Positions 41,313 to 54,528 of a stretch of DNA of 64,000 nt are shown here, piece by piece. Under the pieces are notes generated by a model. The model made no database searches. It was not told where the DNA came from and was given only the letters and a program-made list of their open reading frames with translations. The translations under genes were made by a program, and so were the position numbers. The DNA is from Octopus vulgaris (lineage: Eukaryota). The first letter of the stretch is position 1; every line of letters starts with the position of its first letter. The stretch covers positions 54,436,001 through 54,500,000 of the forward strand of contig OX597820.1 of NCBI GenBank assembly GCA_951406725.2, read 5' to 3'.

Positions 41313-43037
41313 TTAAGAGACACGGCTCATCACCAAGCGGTCTGTACTACTAAAAGAATTCAAGGCAATTTTTTGTTAAGCTTGCCATTCAGAAAGTCCC
41401 AGGGTCCACAGTTTTCCCCTGACTGTTTGAGCCACAAGACTCTGCTCCTTTTGATTTCTAATATTGGTACACGATCAGAAAATTTATAAAATTTTGAAGA
41501 CTGAATATAATTAAGACCAACCGTATGAAAAGCTAAGTCGACCTTGGCGCCACTTAAATACAGGACAAAGAAGGCGCAACCAAATACTCCAGAAAACGTT
41601 ATCCGTGCCTCTACACATTTAGTCACTGCAACGTATTTTTAGAACTGCTTTATGAGTCACTGACACGGATCAATACCTCAGAATACAAACAAAGGTATTT
41701 CTTAGTTTCAAATGTTAAGAATGACTTGGCCATTCGTGACTGCGCCTGTGATTTTTATTTTATGTACCCGTTGCATTACATATGTGAGTGTATGTATATG
41801 CGTGTGTATGTGTGTGTGTGTTGTGTATATATCTATAGGTGTCTTTATGGGTGTGTTCGACCTACATGTGTGTGCGTTTATGTGTATGTCAGTGTCAGTT
41901 TTATGTGCATTCATGTGTGAGCGTCTACTCAAGCGAGGCATGTGCGTGTATGTTTCTATACATGTACGTGTATGTGTGTCCTCTGTAAGAGTGAATGCTT
42001 GTGTATATGTGCGTGTATGTGTGTGTATGCGAGTGTGTGTTTGCGCGCGCGGGAATGTGTGTGTTTGACTTAACAGACATACAAAGAAAAACGAGCTAAT
42101 TACATGCACCCCTTGAATAAGTTTTCTGAAAAACAGGATATATTGACCAATTGGTGTCACTGCTGTTATTATTAATGTGATTTAGACACTTGTCAACCAA
42201 GCTCAAACGAACCTATGATTAGAGACAATTCACCCATGTCGTTTCCCTCTTTGTCTAGGCATTGTGTAAAACCAGGCTGTGTCTCCTTAATATACTTGGG
42301 ACAGTATAGTGTAATCCGAGAAAGATTTAACAGCTATTTCTAACAGGTCGGTCAACGTTCTACCACGTAGACCTAGTGGCTTTTTTTTTATTGGTTCGTC
42401 GTCGTTTATGGGCTGGTGATGCAGTAATATGCTCAGTTTTGAATAAGATACAAAATTAGAAAGTGTTTATTTATGTTAGGTCAGACGGCCTGTCGTAAAT
42501 AGGGAACACTAGTATCATAACTTCCATCAGCTTTGCAGATAAAACTGGCCTAAACAAACAAGAAACAATCTCCTTCGCCTCAGACCTCGCTTTCAAAAAC
42601 ATTCTGGTGTGTGCGTGCGTGTGTGTGTGAATTTGTGTGAAACGATGTATGAGAATATGTATATGCGTATGCTTAATAAATACATATAACTAAGTCTCTT
42701 ATATATTTACTCACATGCTAATACACACACGTGTACACATGCGCATACACATAAATGCATGTATATACACGTATGTGAGTATTATGCACGTATGTATGTA
42801 TATCTGTCTGTCTGTCTATATGCATGTATGTATGTATGCATGCATATATGCATTTATGTATATATGTATGTGTGTATGTATGTATGTTTGTATGTATGTA
42901 TGTATGTATCTAAGAATAACTGTAGGAATAAATAAACAGAATCCGAGACTAGCCGTGATCTGTGCCAGCAAAAATTGTATGCTTGTATATACATGTGCAT
43001 GTTTGTGCATGTGTGTTTGTGTGCGTACATGTACGTG

Positions 43038-43104
<67 letters not shown>

Positions 43105-43486
43105 GTAATGTGTAAATGTTTCTGGGTTTGTATGCCATAAGGAGAAAAATTCTATCTTTCAAGAACACAAGCCCTTTACAGAGTGAGAAAAATATTTTTT
43201 TGTCCTTAGTTAATGAAAATGCGGACACGGTGGATAATGACAGAAAATGGCACAGAATTAGTTGCGCATGCGTGACAGGAAAGTAACCAGAAAGATAAAA
43301 ATGGTATAGGAAAATAAAGAGAAATTTCTTTTGTGAGAGATTGAGGTAGATGGTGGAGATACAACATGATTTATAAGGGACAATATCGAGGCTATGGAGA
43401 AAAGGAACTTTAATCACTCCCAAAAGAAGACAGGGTTTAAATGTTGGAAATGCATCTCCCATCGAACTCAAAAGCTTTATATTTTA

Positions 43487-43567
<81 letters not shown>

Positions 43568-44508
43568 GTGTTCATATACATACATATGAGAAACTTATAA
43601 TTACGTACGTATGCATCAATACATAAACCTACGTTTCTTTACATCAATTATTTACACCAATACGAGTCAACGAAGCAGATTCTAGTGGTCGATCAATCGA
43701 TCTGCAAGTCATAGCAATAAAATTTCCATCAAATTACACTATACAATACTTTTAGAAAAAAAAACCGAAGGACACATTGAATAATGCAGTCTTGAATATG
43801 TTTTGTTTAAAAATATGACGGGGTTGTCATAGCTGGAACGCTTTTGACAATAGGTGTTGGCTTTTTTACGTTCCTGTGATCTAAAGAAAGATAGAATAAG
43901 TAGGAGACTTAGAAAGAAGTACTGGGATCGATTTCGATCTGCTCCATAAGGGGTGGCCCGGAGCTAAACAAAAACAATAACCAGTACGTCTATGGAAATA
44001 TCCAGAATTCGAATTATCTTTCATGGTTTGCTACGGTAACATGAAATCCATAGGAGGTTTCCTAGAAGATGTCAATTAGCTAAATTGCCTTGAAGAGTGA
44101 ATGACACAATGTTTCGGTCGTTAGAGCTTCGTCAGAGAGTGAGGCAGTACTATGGCCGTGTTGATGCAGATGTCTCTACTGTATATGATGGAGTTAACTG
44201 TCTTGTTTGGTTATAGCTAGTTTATGTATGAGTATTCTGGGGTGGGGGGTTACATTGGTCTGTACAATACATTAACATGTGGTGTGATCTAGATATCTGT
44301 TAAAATTTCTGAATGCTTCAAAACAAGGTTCAACTAAATTCCTGAACGAATGAATTTATATACACATTTAATACATTTATATAAATAAAACTTATCGTGT
44401 GTGTGTGCGTGTGTGTGTATACAAACATACAAACATAGTATGTGTATATATATGCCTATAAATATATGTGTGTATATATATTTATGTATGTATTTATATA
44501 TGTATATA

Positions 44509-44542
<34 letters not shown>

Positions 44543-44656
44543 CGTATATGTGTGTTTAGCGCATGTCTGTATATACGTATGTATGTGCGTGAATATATAT
44601 CTACATAAGCACACACACACAAACATACACACATACATACGTACATACATACATAT

Positions 44657-44689
<33 letters not shown>

Positions 44690-44956
44690 TACATCCATCC
44701 ATACGTATCTATGTATGTATGTATGTATGTATGAATGTATGTATGTATGTATGTATGTATGTCGTGTGTATAGATAGAAATAAGAGGAGAGAGAAAAGAG
44801 GAATGGAGAGCGTTGCGTATGTTTATGTACAAGCTTGGTAAAGAAGTATTTAAAAAGTCAACACGCTAAGATGTATACGCACGAGCACCCACATACATCA
44901 AGGCAAAACCCAAACACCCACAAGCACATCACACACACACACACACACATACACAC

Positions 44957-44987
<31 letters not shown>

Positions 44988-45318
44988 TATACAGTCTGTA
45001 TTATTGGTAAGGTTTTTTGTTGCGTAAGATAAGCCGCTGTCCGGCTAAATAAATAAAGCGTTGTCGCTGAGAGCGATTAACATGACATATCTGTTTAGCT
45101 CAGAGTTAAGCTTCTGTTTATAACATTGCCTACGATTGACCCTGTATTTACACATTGCTGACTTATTCACTGGTTGTTGGTGCTGGGAAACACTACTTGA
45201 GATGTTTGTTATGTACACGTGTAAATGTCACAGTGTGTGAATGTAAGCCCTCTGTCAAAAACATGCATACGTACAAACACATATTTATGTGTGAGTATGT
45301 GTACAAGAAAAAGGCTGC

Positions 45319-45393
45319 AGTGACTTCGAGTTTTCGGCTTTCTCGCCTACATCAGACTGATAGTGGCTTGCAAGCCGAAACTCCGAAGTCACT
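45319..45393. ncRNA. Back-to-back inverted pair of degenerate Penelope-type hammerhead motifs
   Basis: Plus strand: CTGATAGT-GGC-ttgcaa-GCC-GAAAC...GTC. Minus strand: CTGATGTA-GGC-gagaaa-GCC-GAAAAC...GTC. Confidence 0.5.
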
Positions 45394-45528
45394 ATGAATT
45401 TTTCCTTGCAAAAATAAATAAATATGTACTCTACATCATGATATTGAGTAATCCGTCAATTTAATGTGACATTGCTTTCACATAAAAGCTAGCTTTAAAA
45501 AATTTATATATGTAAGTATATACGTACG

Positions 45529-45560
<32 letters not shown>

Positions 45561-45697
45561 TGTATGTATGTATGTATGTATGTATGTATGTATGTATTTT
45601 GTATTAATGTATAATTCAAATTTACTGAAAATAAAGACGAAGACAGGTTAGGTAGCAAGCATATGTATTAGTTTGACACTCAGGAAGAATGGAAAAG

Positions 45698-45735
45698 TCT
45701 TTGACGTTTCGAGCCTATGCTCTTCGACAGAAAGA
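45698..45735 (-). ncRNA. Minimal type-I hammerhead-like motif with variant core, in a Penelope pLTR-like repeat (about 45610-45750)
   Basis: TCTTT-CTGTCGA-A-GAGC-atag-GCTC-GAAA-C-GTC-AAAGA: helices I and II pair fully, and helix III is reduced to the palindrome ACGT. Confidence 0.6.
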
Positions 45736-47057
45736 GCTGAGAGGAAAAAAATTATGTATGTGTGTATGTATGTATGTATGTATGAATGTATGTATGTATG
45801 TATGTATGTATGTATGTATGTATGTATGTATGTATGTATGTATGTATGTATGCATGCATGCATGTATGTATGTAAACATGTGTACAGTTGTTTTTAACTT
45901 GCTCTTGTACACTAAAATGTGAAAGGCATTCGCGACGGTATTTCGTCTCGAAGTAAAATTTCTCTACATAGATTTTGCGTTGAAAATACATTAGGTCGAG
46001 CTTCAAGAGGCGTTGCCTGACAATCAGACCTCTTCAGTGATAGGCACCACTTCGGTCATTTGGAGCTGAGCAGGAACTTCTGTTACTATGCATAGAAAAT
46101 AAATGTACACATGTTTATTTTTGTATTCTTCGAAGATGCTTTTATGCTTATACAAAATTTATTCCTGCATGGCAAGCCGCAGCACAAACCACGAAATGCA
46201 TAGCTTACTATTTTCTGAGCCTCTCTTTGATATCTCTCAATCTATGTGTGTGTATATGTGTTTGTGTGTGTGTGTGAAATGTAAGGTATTTCTCATACTG
46301 TATATATACAATCTAAGCCTTCATATAGAGGCTAAATCGTATGTTTTTTAAAGTATTTATTACGAAATTTAAGACATCTATATGTTTATGTATATTCATG
46401 TATATTTACATATACATATACGTATATACGCACATGCATATGCGTTTATGTATTATGTGTGTATGTATATGAAATGTAAGTTATTTCCTATATAATAAGC
46501 ATACGATTTAGCTTCACGAATCTATCCAGGCACGTTTTCTGCTTAATTACTGAACGTAACTATAGAAACCAAATGAGTGGGACAAAAGAAGTAAGTTAGT
46601 ACAATTTCATGTCGCACCAACCTGCTTTGCTCATCATTTATCAATGCAGGTGCACTCATAAATGTAGCCGCGCACATTTGTATTTTTATATCTGTACATG
46701 TCTATCTATAATGTTGTGTGGATTTGTAGGTAAAAAAGGTTCAATGCATTATCAACGCACCACTTTCCCTTCGCTTTCTTGTTCAGGCAGTCGGACGACT
46801 TTCTATTGACAACGGCGTTCTTTAGGTATCTAAGGTACCTATTCTCCGGAGCATTCACTCTCATACATAGATACAGACATACATACGTAGATGCATACGC
46901 CTATACGTGCATTCATGCATGCAAGCATATATGCATGCATAAATTCATACATGAACATGTATATGTGTTTGTAAAAATATATATGTCGATGTATATAATA
47001 TATATTTTATTTATATATATATATATATACATGTGTATATAATATTATATGCATATG

Positions 47058-47114
<57 letters not shown>

Positions 47115-47116
<2 letters not shown>

Positions 47117-47670
47117 GTGGCCTGATCAATAAGTATCCAGACTGTTGCTATAGTAACGAAGCTAAAGCACGCAGAGTAAAGCCGCTTGGCACAGATTGAC
47201 CTTGCACTCTATTGTGCATGCATACGAGGTTTTAATGTACCAGCTCGTTTCCGCTGTTTGCAAGCAGTGCTTGGAAGTAACTTGTGTAGCGTGTAATCGT
47301 TGCATTGACCATGACAGAGGAAGTTAAGCAGAGAATCTGCATAAAATTTTGCCAAAAGCTTGGCGGTACCTGCTCAGAGGCCTAGGCAAAGTTTTCAAAA
47401 TGTTTTCTTCGATCTCGAGACACAATCAAGGAATTCTTGTGCAACTGAAACCGAGTGTCTTTTTGGTCAGCTGAAAGCAATTTTGGCACAAACTTAGCAG
47501 ACATGTGTCTCACCCAAATCTTCAGTGATAATAAACCGAACTGAACCGTAACTAATCCGCACAACCTCTGATTACTCACGGATGATGATTCAACGATTTT
47601 CCCTCACAGCTGCACGCACATCTGCAATGGTTTTCTCAGTTCCGGTAACGCCATGACAATTTTCTCGTAT
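47115..47670. mobile_element. mariner relic with an internal inversion
   Basis: A TIR-like start and MTEEVKQRICIKFCQKLG lie on + (about 47311-47405). The next transposase part (ADVRAAVREN...ITEDLG..SAKFVPKLLSADQK) lies on - (about 47410-47645). Confidence 0.8.
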
Positions 47671-48439
47671 ATAAATATATATATACATATATTTTTATAT
47701 ACATGTATGTGTGTATGTATGTATGTATGTATGTATGTATGTATGTATGTATGTATGTATGTATGTATGTATATATGTATGTATGTGTGTGTGTATGAGT
47801 GTATGTATTTGTATAAATATATGTATATATGTACGATTTTAAACTGCATACGGTAGTGGGTTTCTGGTTCGAGAGTTCCGAGACTTTGAGGAGTATGGAA
47901 CTATTTCTTAGCTACTAATATTCCCATATCTATCAGACACGGAGTAGTTGTTCCTTCCAGAGTCCTAACCATAGGTCAACTGATATGTGTATAAAAACCA
48001 CCGCCAGTGAGGGACCACTAGTTGCCGTTACAGCATCCTTCTAGAAAAGGGAAGCTGATGTATAACCTGTGGTTTCACGTGATTACTGGTCATACATCGG
48101 CCTGTCACTTGGTATTAATCATGGACACTCAGTGAGTTGTACTCGTATTGTATAATCAAAGGGCATACAGATTTTCCTTTATGGTAACCCCATTTGTTAT
48201 TTGTGATTCTCTCTATTGGGACTACATCCTGTGCAGACAAGTTGGGATGGCAGAGTTACAAAGCCACAGGATTGAATAGTCATTTGAGACGTCAGGGATG
48301 GAAAGTCAAAAATGTCTCTGATAGTGAGGAAGTAAAAAATGACGGCAATCATCTGTGCGTAAAATGGAGAAAAAAACACAAAATCCCATCCAAAAAATAA
48401 ATTTTTTTTTTTTTAATCAAAATAAAATATCAAGTAGGT

Positions 48440-49588
48440 TATGGTTACTCAAAGTAGCAGCCCTCAGTTTTCCCACCACGGCCTCCAAGATAGCTCCGGA
48501 ATCTGGCGGCGCATGCGTTTTTAACAGTGTCCTTGGGAATATCTTAGAACACTTCCTTGATGTTGACCACCAGCTCAGCCTTGGTGTTGCAGGCAGAACG
48601 GTTGGTACCTTTCTCAACAGCGCCCCACGATTGTAAGCCTTGGGATTGCAATCAAGGCCAGCAATTGAAGTTGGTGAAGTCAAAGAAACTCTACGACAAC
48701 CACTACTGACAGTTTCAGGAGGTATGGCAAGGAGCTAAATCCTGCTGCCAAACATATGGCCTTCCCGAAGCAACCCTTTCCATTGAAGGTTTGACCAGTC
48801 TCCAGCAGCTTCACATAGCCGTCTGAATTAGAGCCAGAGGCCCTGTTCAAAGTTGTGGGGCGGCATGACATCACCCTCACTGGAGACACCCCAAAACCAT
48901 CACAGTTTGAGAAACTGGTTTTCATGATACGTGGGTTAACACATGGATTGTAGACAAGCCACCTGCTGTTCTGGGTTTTGTGTAACTAGTCCTGGCAGAA
49001 GATTTTTTCATCTAAGAAGAACCAGATCATACTCTGCTCAGCAGGATACCTCAGACCGTTCAGCATCTTCTTAGCCTCAATCAAGCTGTCCTCCTTGGCC
49101 TTGGATATCAGAATATATTTCTTGCGCCTCATTTACGAGTGGTATCGAAGGTCCTCATTCAGGGCCAGCTTCATGGTAATGACTCCAACACTCATCTCTC
49201 TCGCCAAAGCCCATATATTCTTGTTCGGATCTTCCATCATTTTGTCCTGCTTCAGTTGTTGGAAAAATTCTGGCGTGCAGATGCAGCCAGAACGCCTGCT
49301 GTGTCCTTTCCTGCTGACCTTGCCTTCGTAGTCTCCGTTGCAGCTGCCCATGTCACGGTGTTCGCAGAGCATTAAACAGCGGTGGCGTCAGCATTTCGGT
49401 ACCTGGTACGAATCATCATGGCACCAGTGACTTTTTTCCAATATTCATATGGCTCCCAGTCCTTCATGTCAACAAACATTTTCTCAACTACAAATTTTAT
49501 CTTGTAGCTAACTCTTCATCAATACATCAAGCTGCTCCTGAAAAAAGAGAGACACAATAAATCGACAAATTTAGCCCGAACACCCTCC
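48440..49588 (-). mobile_element. DD37D/maT-like Tc1-mariner transposase pseudogene
   Basis: ALAREMSV...ALNEDLRYHS, IWFFLDEKIF, YVWQQDLAPCHT, DCNP and EGCYFE*, with a GAGGGTGTTCGGGCTAAATT terminus at the 5' side and many frameshifts. Confidence 0.8.
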
Positions 49589-50381
49589 ATATACATATAC
49601 ATGTGTGTGAGTACATATATATTTATATATGCTTATGTATGTATATGTGTATGTGTATATCTGTGACATTACTAAAAGAATATAAATTGTAAGCACTATT
49701 TTGAGTTAGCAAAGAGAAACACACCCGCTATTTTGGTAAGATAGTATGCGAAGCTGCATGAAGTTTAACACCTCTGCCTTGCCTTGTTGTTAGAATTAAG
49801 GATTCGGGGTTAAGACCAAAAACAAAACTATGTTACGTAGCAAGGCTGGGGGCGAATATTTGCATAGAATTCCGACCATCTTCCAGTTAAACACGAAAGG
49901 GACCACAACTTTTAACGTGTTTTTATCTCGGTGACACACAGCTGCAATAAGCTGATTTAGTACCGCTAATACTAACCTGCAAAAATTTGCAAAAGCGTTT
50001 AATAATAATACATTACTCTTGTGATCAGCCTTCACGGATATGTATACACGCACACGCACACTGACATACAACTTTATACCGACTCATAGGGACGCCTGGG
50101 TGGCGGTTAAATAACTATGAAGGTAGTCATAATCGCTAGCGATCGACTGCAGCAGTAGAGAGAAATGGGGGTGGGGGGAGAAGGAGAAACGTTAGAAATC
50201 TTGGTAGTTAATTAATTAAAAATAAAACACAAACGAAATTAAGAGGATACAAAAATAATTAAAATTTTCAAATTAAATCTGGAAACGTTAATGAAAATAT
50301 AGATATTATGATAACAAGGATAAACATCCGTGTTCAGTTGATGTTTATTTATCTCCATGGTTGAGCGTGAGTACGTGTGTG

Positions 50382-50446
<65 letters not shown>

Positions 50447-50543
50447 GTATATACATATATATATACATTTACATACATACACACACACACATATATATAT
50501 ATACATTTACATACATACACACACACACACATATATATATATA

Positions 50544-50588
<45 letters not shown>

Positions 50589-50646
50589 CCACCTCATTTC
50601 GAAAGAAAAATCTTCTTCGTTCCCCACCCTTGTTATTATTATTATA

Positions 50647-50689
<43 letters not shown>

Positions 50690-50691
<2 letters not shown>

Positions 50692-51262
50692 GCGAGTTGG
50701 CAGAATCGTTAGCACACCAAGCAAAATGCTTAGCGGCATTTCGTCCATCTTTACGATTTGAGTTCATATTCCACCGAGGTCGACTTTGCCTTTCATCCGT
50801 TTCAGGGTCGATGAAATAAAGTACCAGTTGAAGCTTGGGGTTCGATGTAATCGGCTAACACCTCCCCCAAAGTTTCAGAACTTGTGCCTAGAGGTGAAAA
50901 GATTATTAAAGCAGAGAACTGGCTGAATCGTTAGTGCGTCGAACAAAGTGTTTAACAGCATTTCTTTCGGCTATTTACGATCTGAGTTCAAATAACACCG
51001 AGACCAACATTGCCTTTCATCCTTTCGGGATCCATAGAATAAAGTACTATACTTGTACCGAGGGCGATTTGATCAACTTACCCCATCGCCTCAAATTTTC
51101 CTGGTCATTTGCCAAAATTGGAAAGAATTATCTCTGAGTTAGGTACAAGGCCAACACTTTGGAGGGGAGGGGGCTTAGTTGATACAATCGATCCCAGTAC
51201 TTGACTGGTACTTTATTTTATCGATCCCGAGAGGATGAAAGAAAAAGTTGTCCTTGGCCGGA
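50690..51262. mobile_element. SINE-B cluster: two + copies (50690-50905 and 50908-51130) and a - fragment (about 51140-51262)
   Basis: Family head and central-domain matches. Confidence 0.8.
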
Positions 51263-51352
51263 TTCGAGTCTTAACCAATATCACAAAGTATATTTCTTTT
51301 ACGCTCTAACGATTGAGCCACTTCGATATCGTCATAATAATAATGATGATGG

Positions 51353-51401
<49 letters not shown>

Positions 51402-51495
51402 AATGATTTTTTTTTTTTTTTGTACAGGAACGATTTTCGAGTAAAAGTCACGTTGACACCTGATTTCCGCTTTAAAATTTAATAATAATAATAAT

Positions 51496-51778
51496 GTGAG
51501 GTATATTTGCCATCTCAATATGGCTAACCACTAAGGGTGGGTGTTACAATAGCTTGTAGCCCCAGGAGAACATCGTCTCCAGCTGGCTTTAGGCACACTT
51601 TCTGTGCCCTTAAGGTATTTGCAAAAGGAGGTCATCCTTCCCTCGTCAACCTAAGTGATACGCACGGACTGCAGTTTCTAGGTATTGACCTGTCATCAGC
51701 GTACGACAATCACCGGTTTTCGATGAAAAGGTTCCCAACGCAAATACTTATATCATTTTTCCAGTAACTTTTCGTCAC
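51496..51778. mobile_element. About 280-bp non-coding insertion inside (AAT)n
   Basis: Complex, GC-richer, hairpin-rich sequence with (AAT)n on both sides. Confidence 0.45.
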
Positions 51779-51840
<62 letters not shown>

Positions 51841-52374
51841 TAATAATAATAACAATAACTATAATAATATTTACTTAAGGTTTAAAAGATTTACGTTGAT
51901 TGTCCTTCGTTATATCTCAAAGATCGAGGTCTAATTTGCAAAATATGCATCCAAGTATAAAGGATTAACAAATTCTTTAAGACAATGCGCTATCAACATT
52001 TAAATACCTTACTATTACTACTGTCTGGAACATTCGTATATTTATACTTATAAGTAACCCTATTGTTGTCTTTACAGAGGGGAATGTTATTCTATTTGTA
52101 TCAATTATAAATAGATTGATAGAGACATTCCATGCATATCAGAATCTTTTCAATTCAGTAGCTTTGTTTATCTTTGCAGATTCGCAGCTCATATCAATGT
52201 TATAATCATGTTTTTACTTGTGCGTGTGTGCATGCGCGCTTCATAAGTATTTTTCTTTTCAAGGAATTGCTATTGGTACTGACAGCATTAGCATTTATGC
52301 AGTTTATTTTCATCCTCATACCTTTCTGATGCCCTAGTTGGAAAGGATCGAGATGTTTTCTTTGTCCACCTTCT

Positions 52375-52408
<34 letters not shown>

Positions 52409-52410
<2 letters not shown>

Positions 52411-52568
52411 CGCAGGAGTAGTTGCTTACGAACCACATGGTTCCAGGTTCAGTCCCACTGCATGGCACCTTGGGCAAGTGTTTTCTATTATAGCCTCGGG
52501 CCGACCAACGCCTTGTGAGTGGATTTGGTAGACAGAAACTGAAAGAGGCCCGTCGTATATATGTATGA

Positions 52569-52617
<49 letters not shown>

Positions 52618-52808
52618 TGTTTGTGTTTGTCCCCCCCACCCCAACATCGCTTGAAAACTGATGGTGGTGTGTTTACGTCCCCGTAACTTAGCGGTTCGGC
52701 AAAAGGGAACGATAGAATAAGTCCTGGGGTCTATTTGCTCAACTAAAGGCGGTGATCCAGCATGGCCACAGTCAAATGACTGAAACAAGTAAAAGAGTAA
52801 GAGAGAGA
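52409..52808 (+). mobile_element. SINE family A
   Basis: Collinear with the other A copies, with small deletions. Confidence 0.88.
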
Positions 52809-53358
52809 TGTTTCCCTTAATTTTTTACTTGATATTTGTTTGGTAGTTCAACGATAGATATTTTATAATAATGTAACCATACCGCTTTGTATTTGGGGGG
52901 TGATTATAATCTTTTTGTGTTGGTTTGTGGCTAATGTACTCTAAATGCAGACGTGTTATTTTTTCTTTTTCGTTTGGTTACACAATCTGAAAATCACAGA
53001 AGGCTCTGCAATGTATATCAGAACTTACGTCTAAATCACCTGATTAACATGGTAAAAAACACCGCTGATTGAAACGATTTCTTGAACTATATAAAAAAAA
53101 ATGATCGCGCCCTTGTCAGATTCATTGATCAGGTTGAGTAGTTTTGACTGACGACATACACAACAAGGTCGAAACACTGCGGTGCCTCAAATTTGTTTGT
53201 GAGTATTATTTCGTCTAAAGGGAGAATGTATTCTCCGTTGGCGAAAAACAACACCGATCAAATTTATATGTTTGAATCTGCTTCAAGATATTAAGATTGA
53301 ATAGATAGATCATTGCTGTATAAAGAAATATTCTTTCACAATCAATATTGCACCTGAA

Positions 53359-53802
53359 CGTGGCGAGCTGGCAGAGTCGTTACCGCGCCAGGCAAAATCT
53401 TTAACAGCTATTCGTCTTTCTTTACGTTCCAAGTTCAACTTCCGCCAACGTCGACTTTGTTTTTCATCCTCCTACGATTGATAAAATAAGTACCAATCAA
53501 GCACTGGGGTCAATGTAACCGACTTACTCCCTCCCATAAAATTACTGGCCTTGTGCCAAAATTTGAAATCAATATTATCCCAACTCAAGGTAGTGAGCTT
53601 GCAAAATCTTTACGGCGCCAGGCAAAATGCTTTAGAGCATTTTGTCCGTCTTTACGTTCTGTGTTCAAATTCCGTCAAGATTGACTTTGCCTTTCATCAA
53701 TTCGGGATCGATAAAATAAGTACCAGTTGAACATTGAGGACAATGTAATGGGCTTACACCCTCTCTCGAAATTGTTGGCCTCGTGCTAAAATTTGAGACC
53801 AA
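53359..53802 (+). mobile_element. Two tandem SINE-B copies
   Basis: Head, B box and central domain each occur twice. Confidence 0.8.
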
Positions 53803-54074
53803 CATTACCCCAGATCTGATTGACTTCATACTCATAGATGTCTGACAGAATCAAAGAAAAAATTCCAGGAATTGTATGTTGTTTCAGTCATTAGACTACA
53901 GCCATGCTGGAGTACCACTTTCAAGGAAATGTTTAATAAGGAAAGAAATTTTATAAAGGGGTCTCTTACATTTTATAAAGGAGTTTATTTATCACAAATT
54001 GTTATTATATGCAGAAACAATATTGTTGCTATACATTGTGCTATGTTAATTAAAAAATAACTTCGAGGTCTTAT

Positions 54075-54391
54075 AACGATAAACGTCGCCCTTTTCAAGC
54101 CTACCCAGGCTCATGGGTCCGGTTTCCCGGTTTCTGTGGCGTATATGTTTCCCCCAGCTGGACGGGACGCCAGTCCATCGCAGCGTTACCTAAGAAACAG
54201 GAAGAGAGATTGAGAGAGAAAGTTGTGGCGAAAGAGTACAACAGGAGTCGCCACCACCCCCTGCCGGAGCCTCGTGGATCTTTTAGGTGTTTTCGCTCAA
54301 TAAACACACATAACGCCCGGTTTGGGAATCGAAACCGCGATTCTCCGATCGCGAGTCCGCTGCTCTAACCACTGGGTCATTGCGCTTCCAC
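54075..54391 (-). mobile_element. SINE family C, tail variant 2, full length
   Basis: Same 5' part as variant 1 with a different 3' tail; TSD GAGGTCTTAT. Confidence 0.9.
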
Positions 54392-54428
54392 GAGGTCTTA
54401 TTGCATCATTCATTTCATTAAACCGGAA

Positions 54429-54528
<100 letters not shown>

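Noticed and set aside
43210-43282. Possible phase-1 exon after TTTTTGTCCTTAG
   Set aside because: Weak donor (AA|GTAACC), unremarkable peptide and no independent support.
45972-46030. FCVENTLGRASRGVA, reminiscent of an Ig-domain F/G strand
   Set aside because: Wrong spacing for CxAxNxxG, an in-frame stop follows, and there is no matching donor.
51496-51540. HDV-like ribozyme hint (GCCAT/ATGGC hairpin followed by TAA)
   Set aside because: There is no room or sequence for P1, P2 and P3 upstream, and the nested pseudoknot could not be built.
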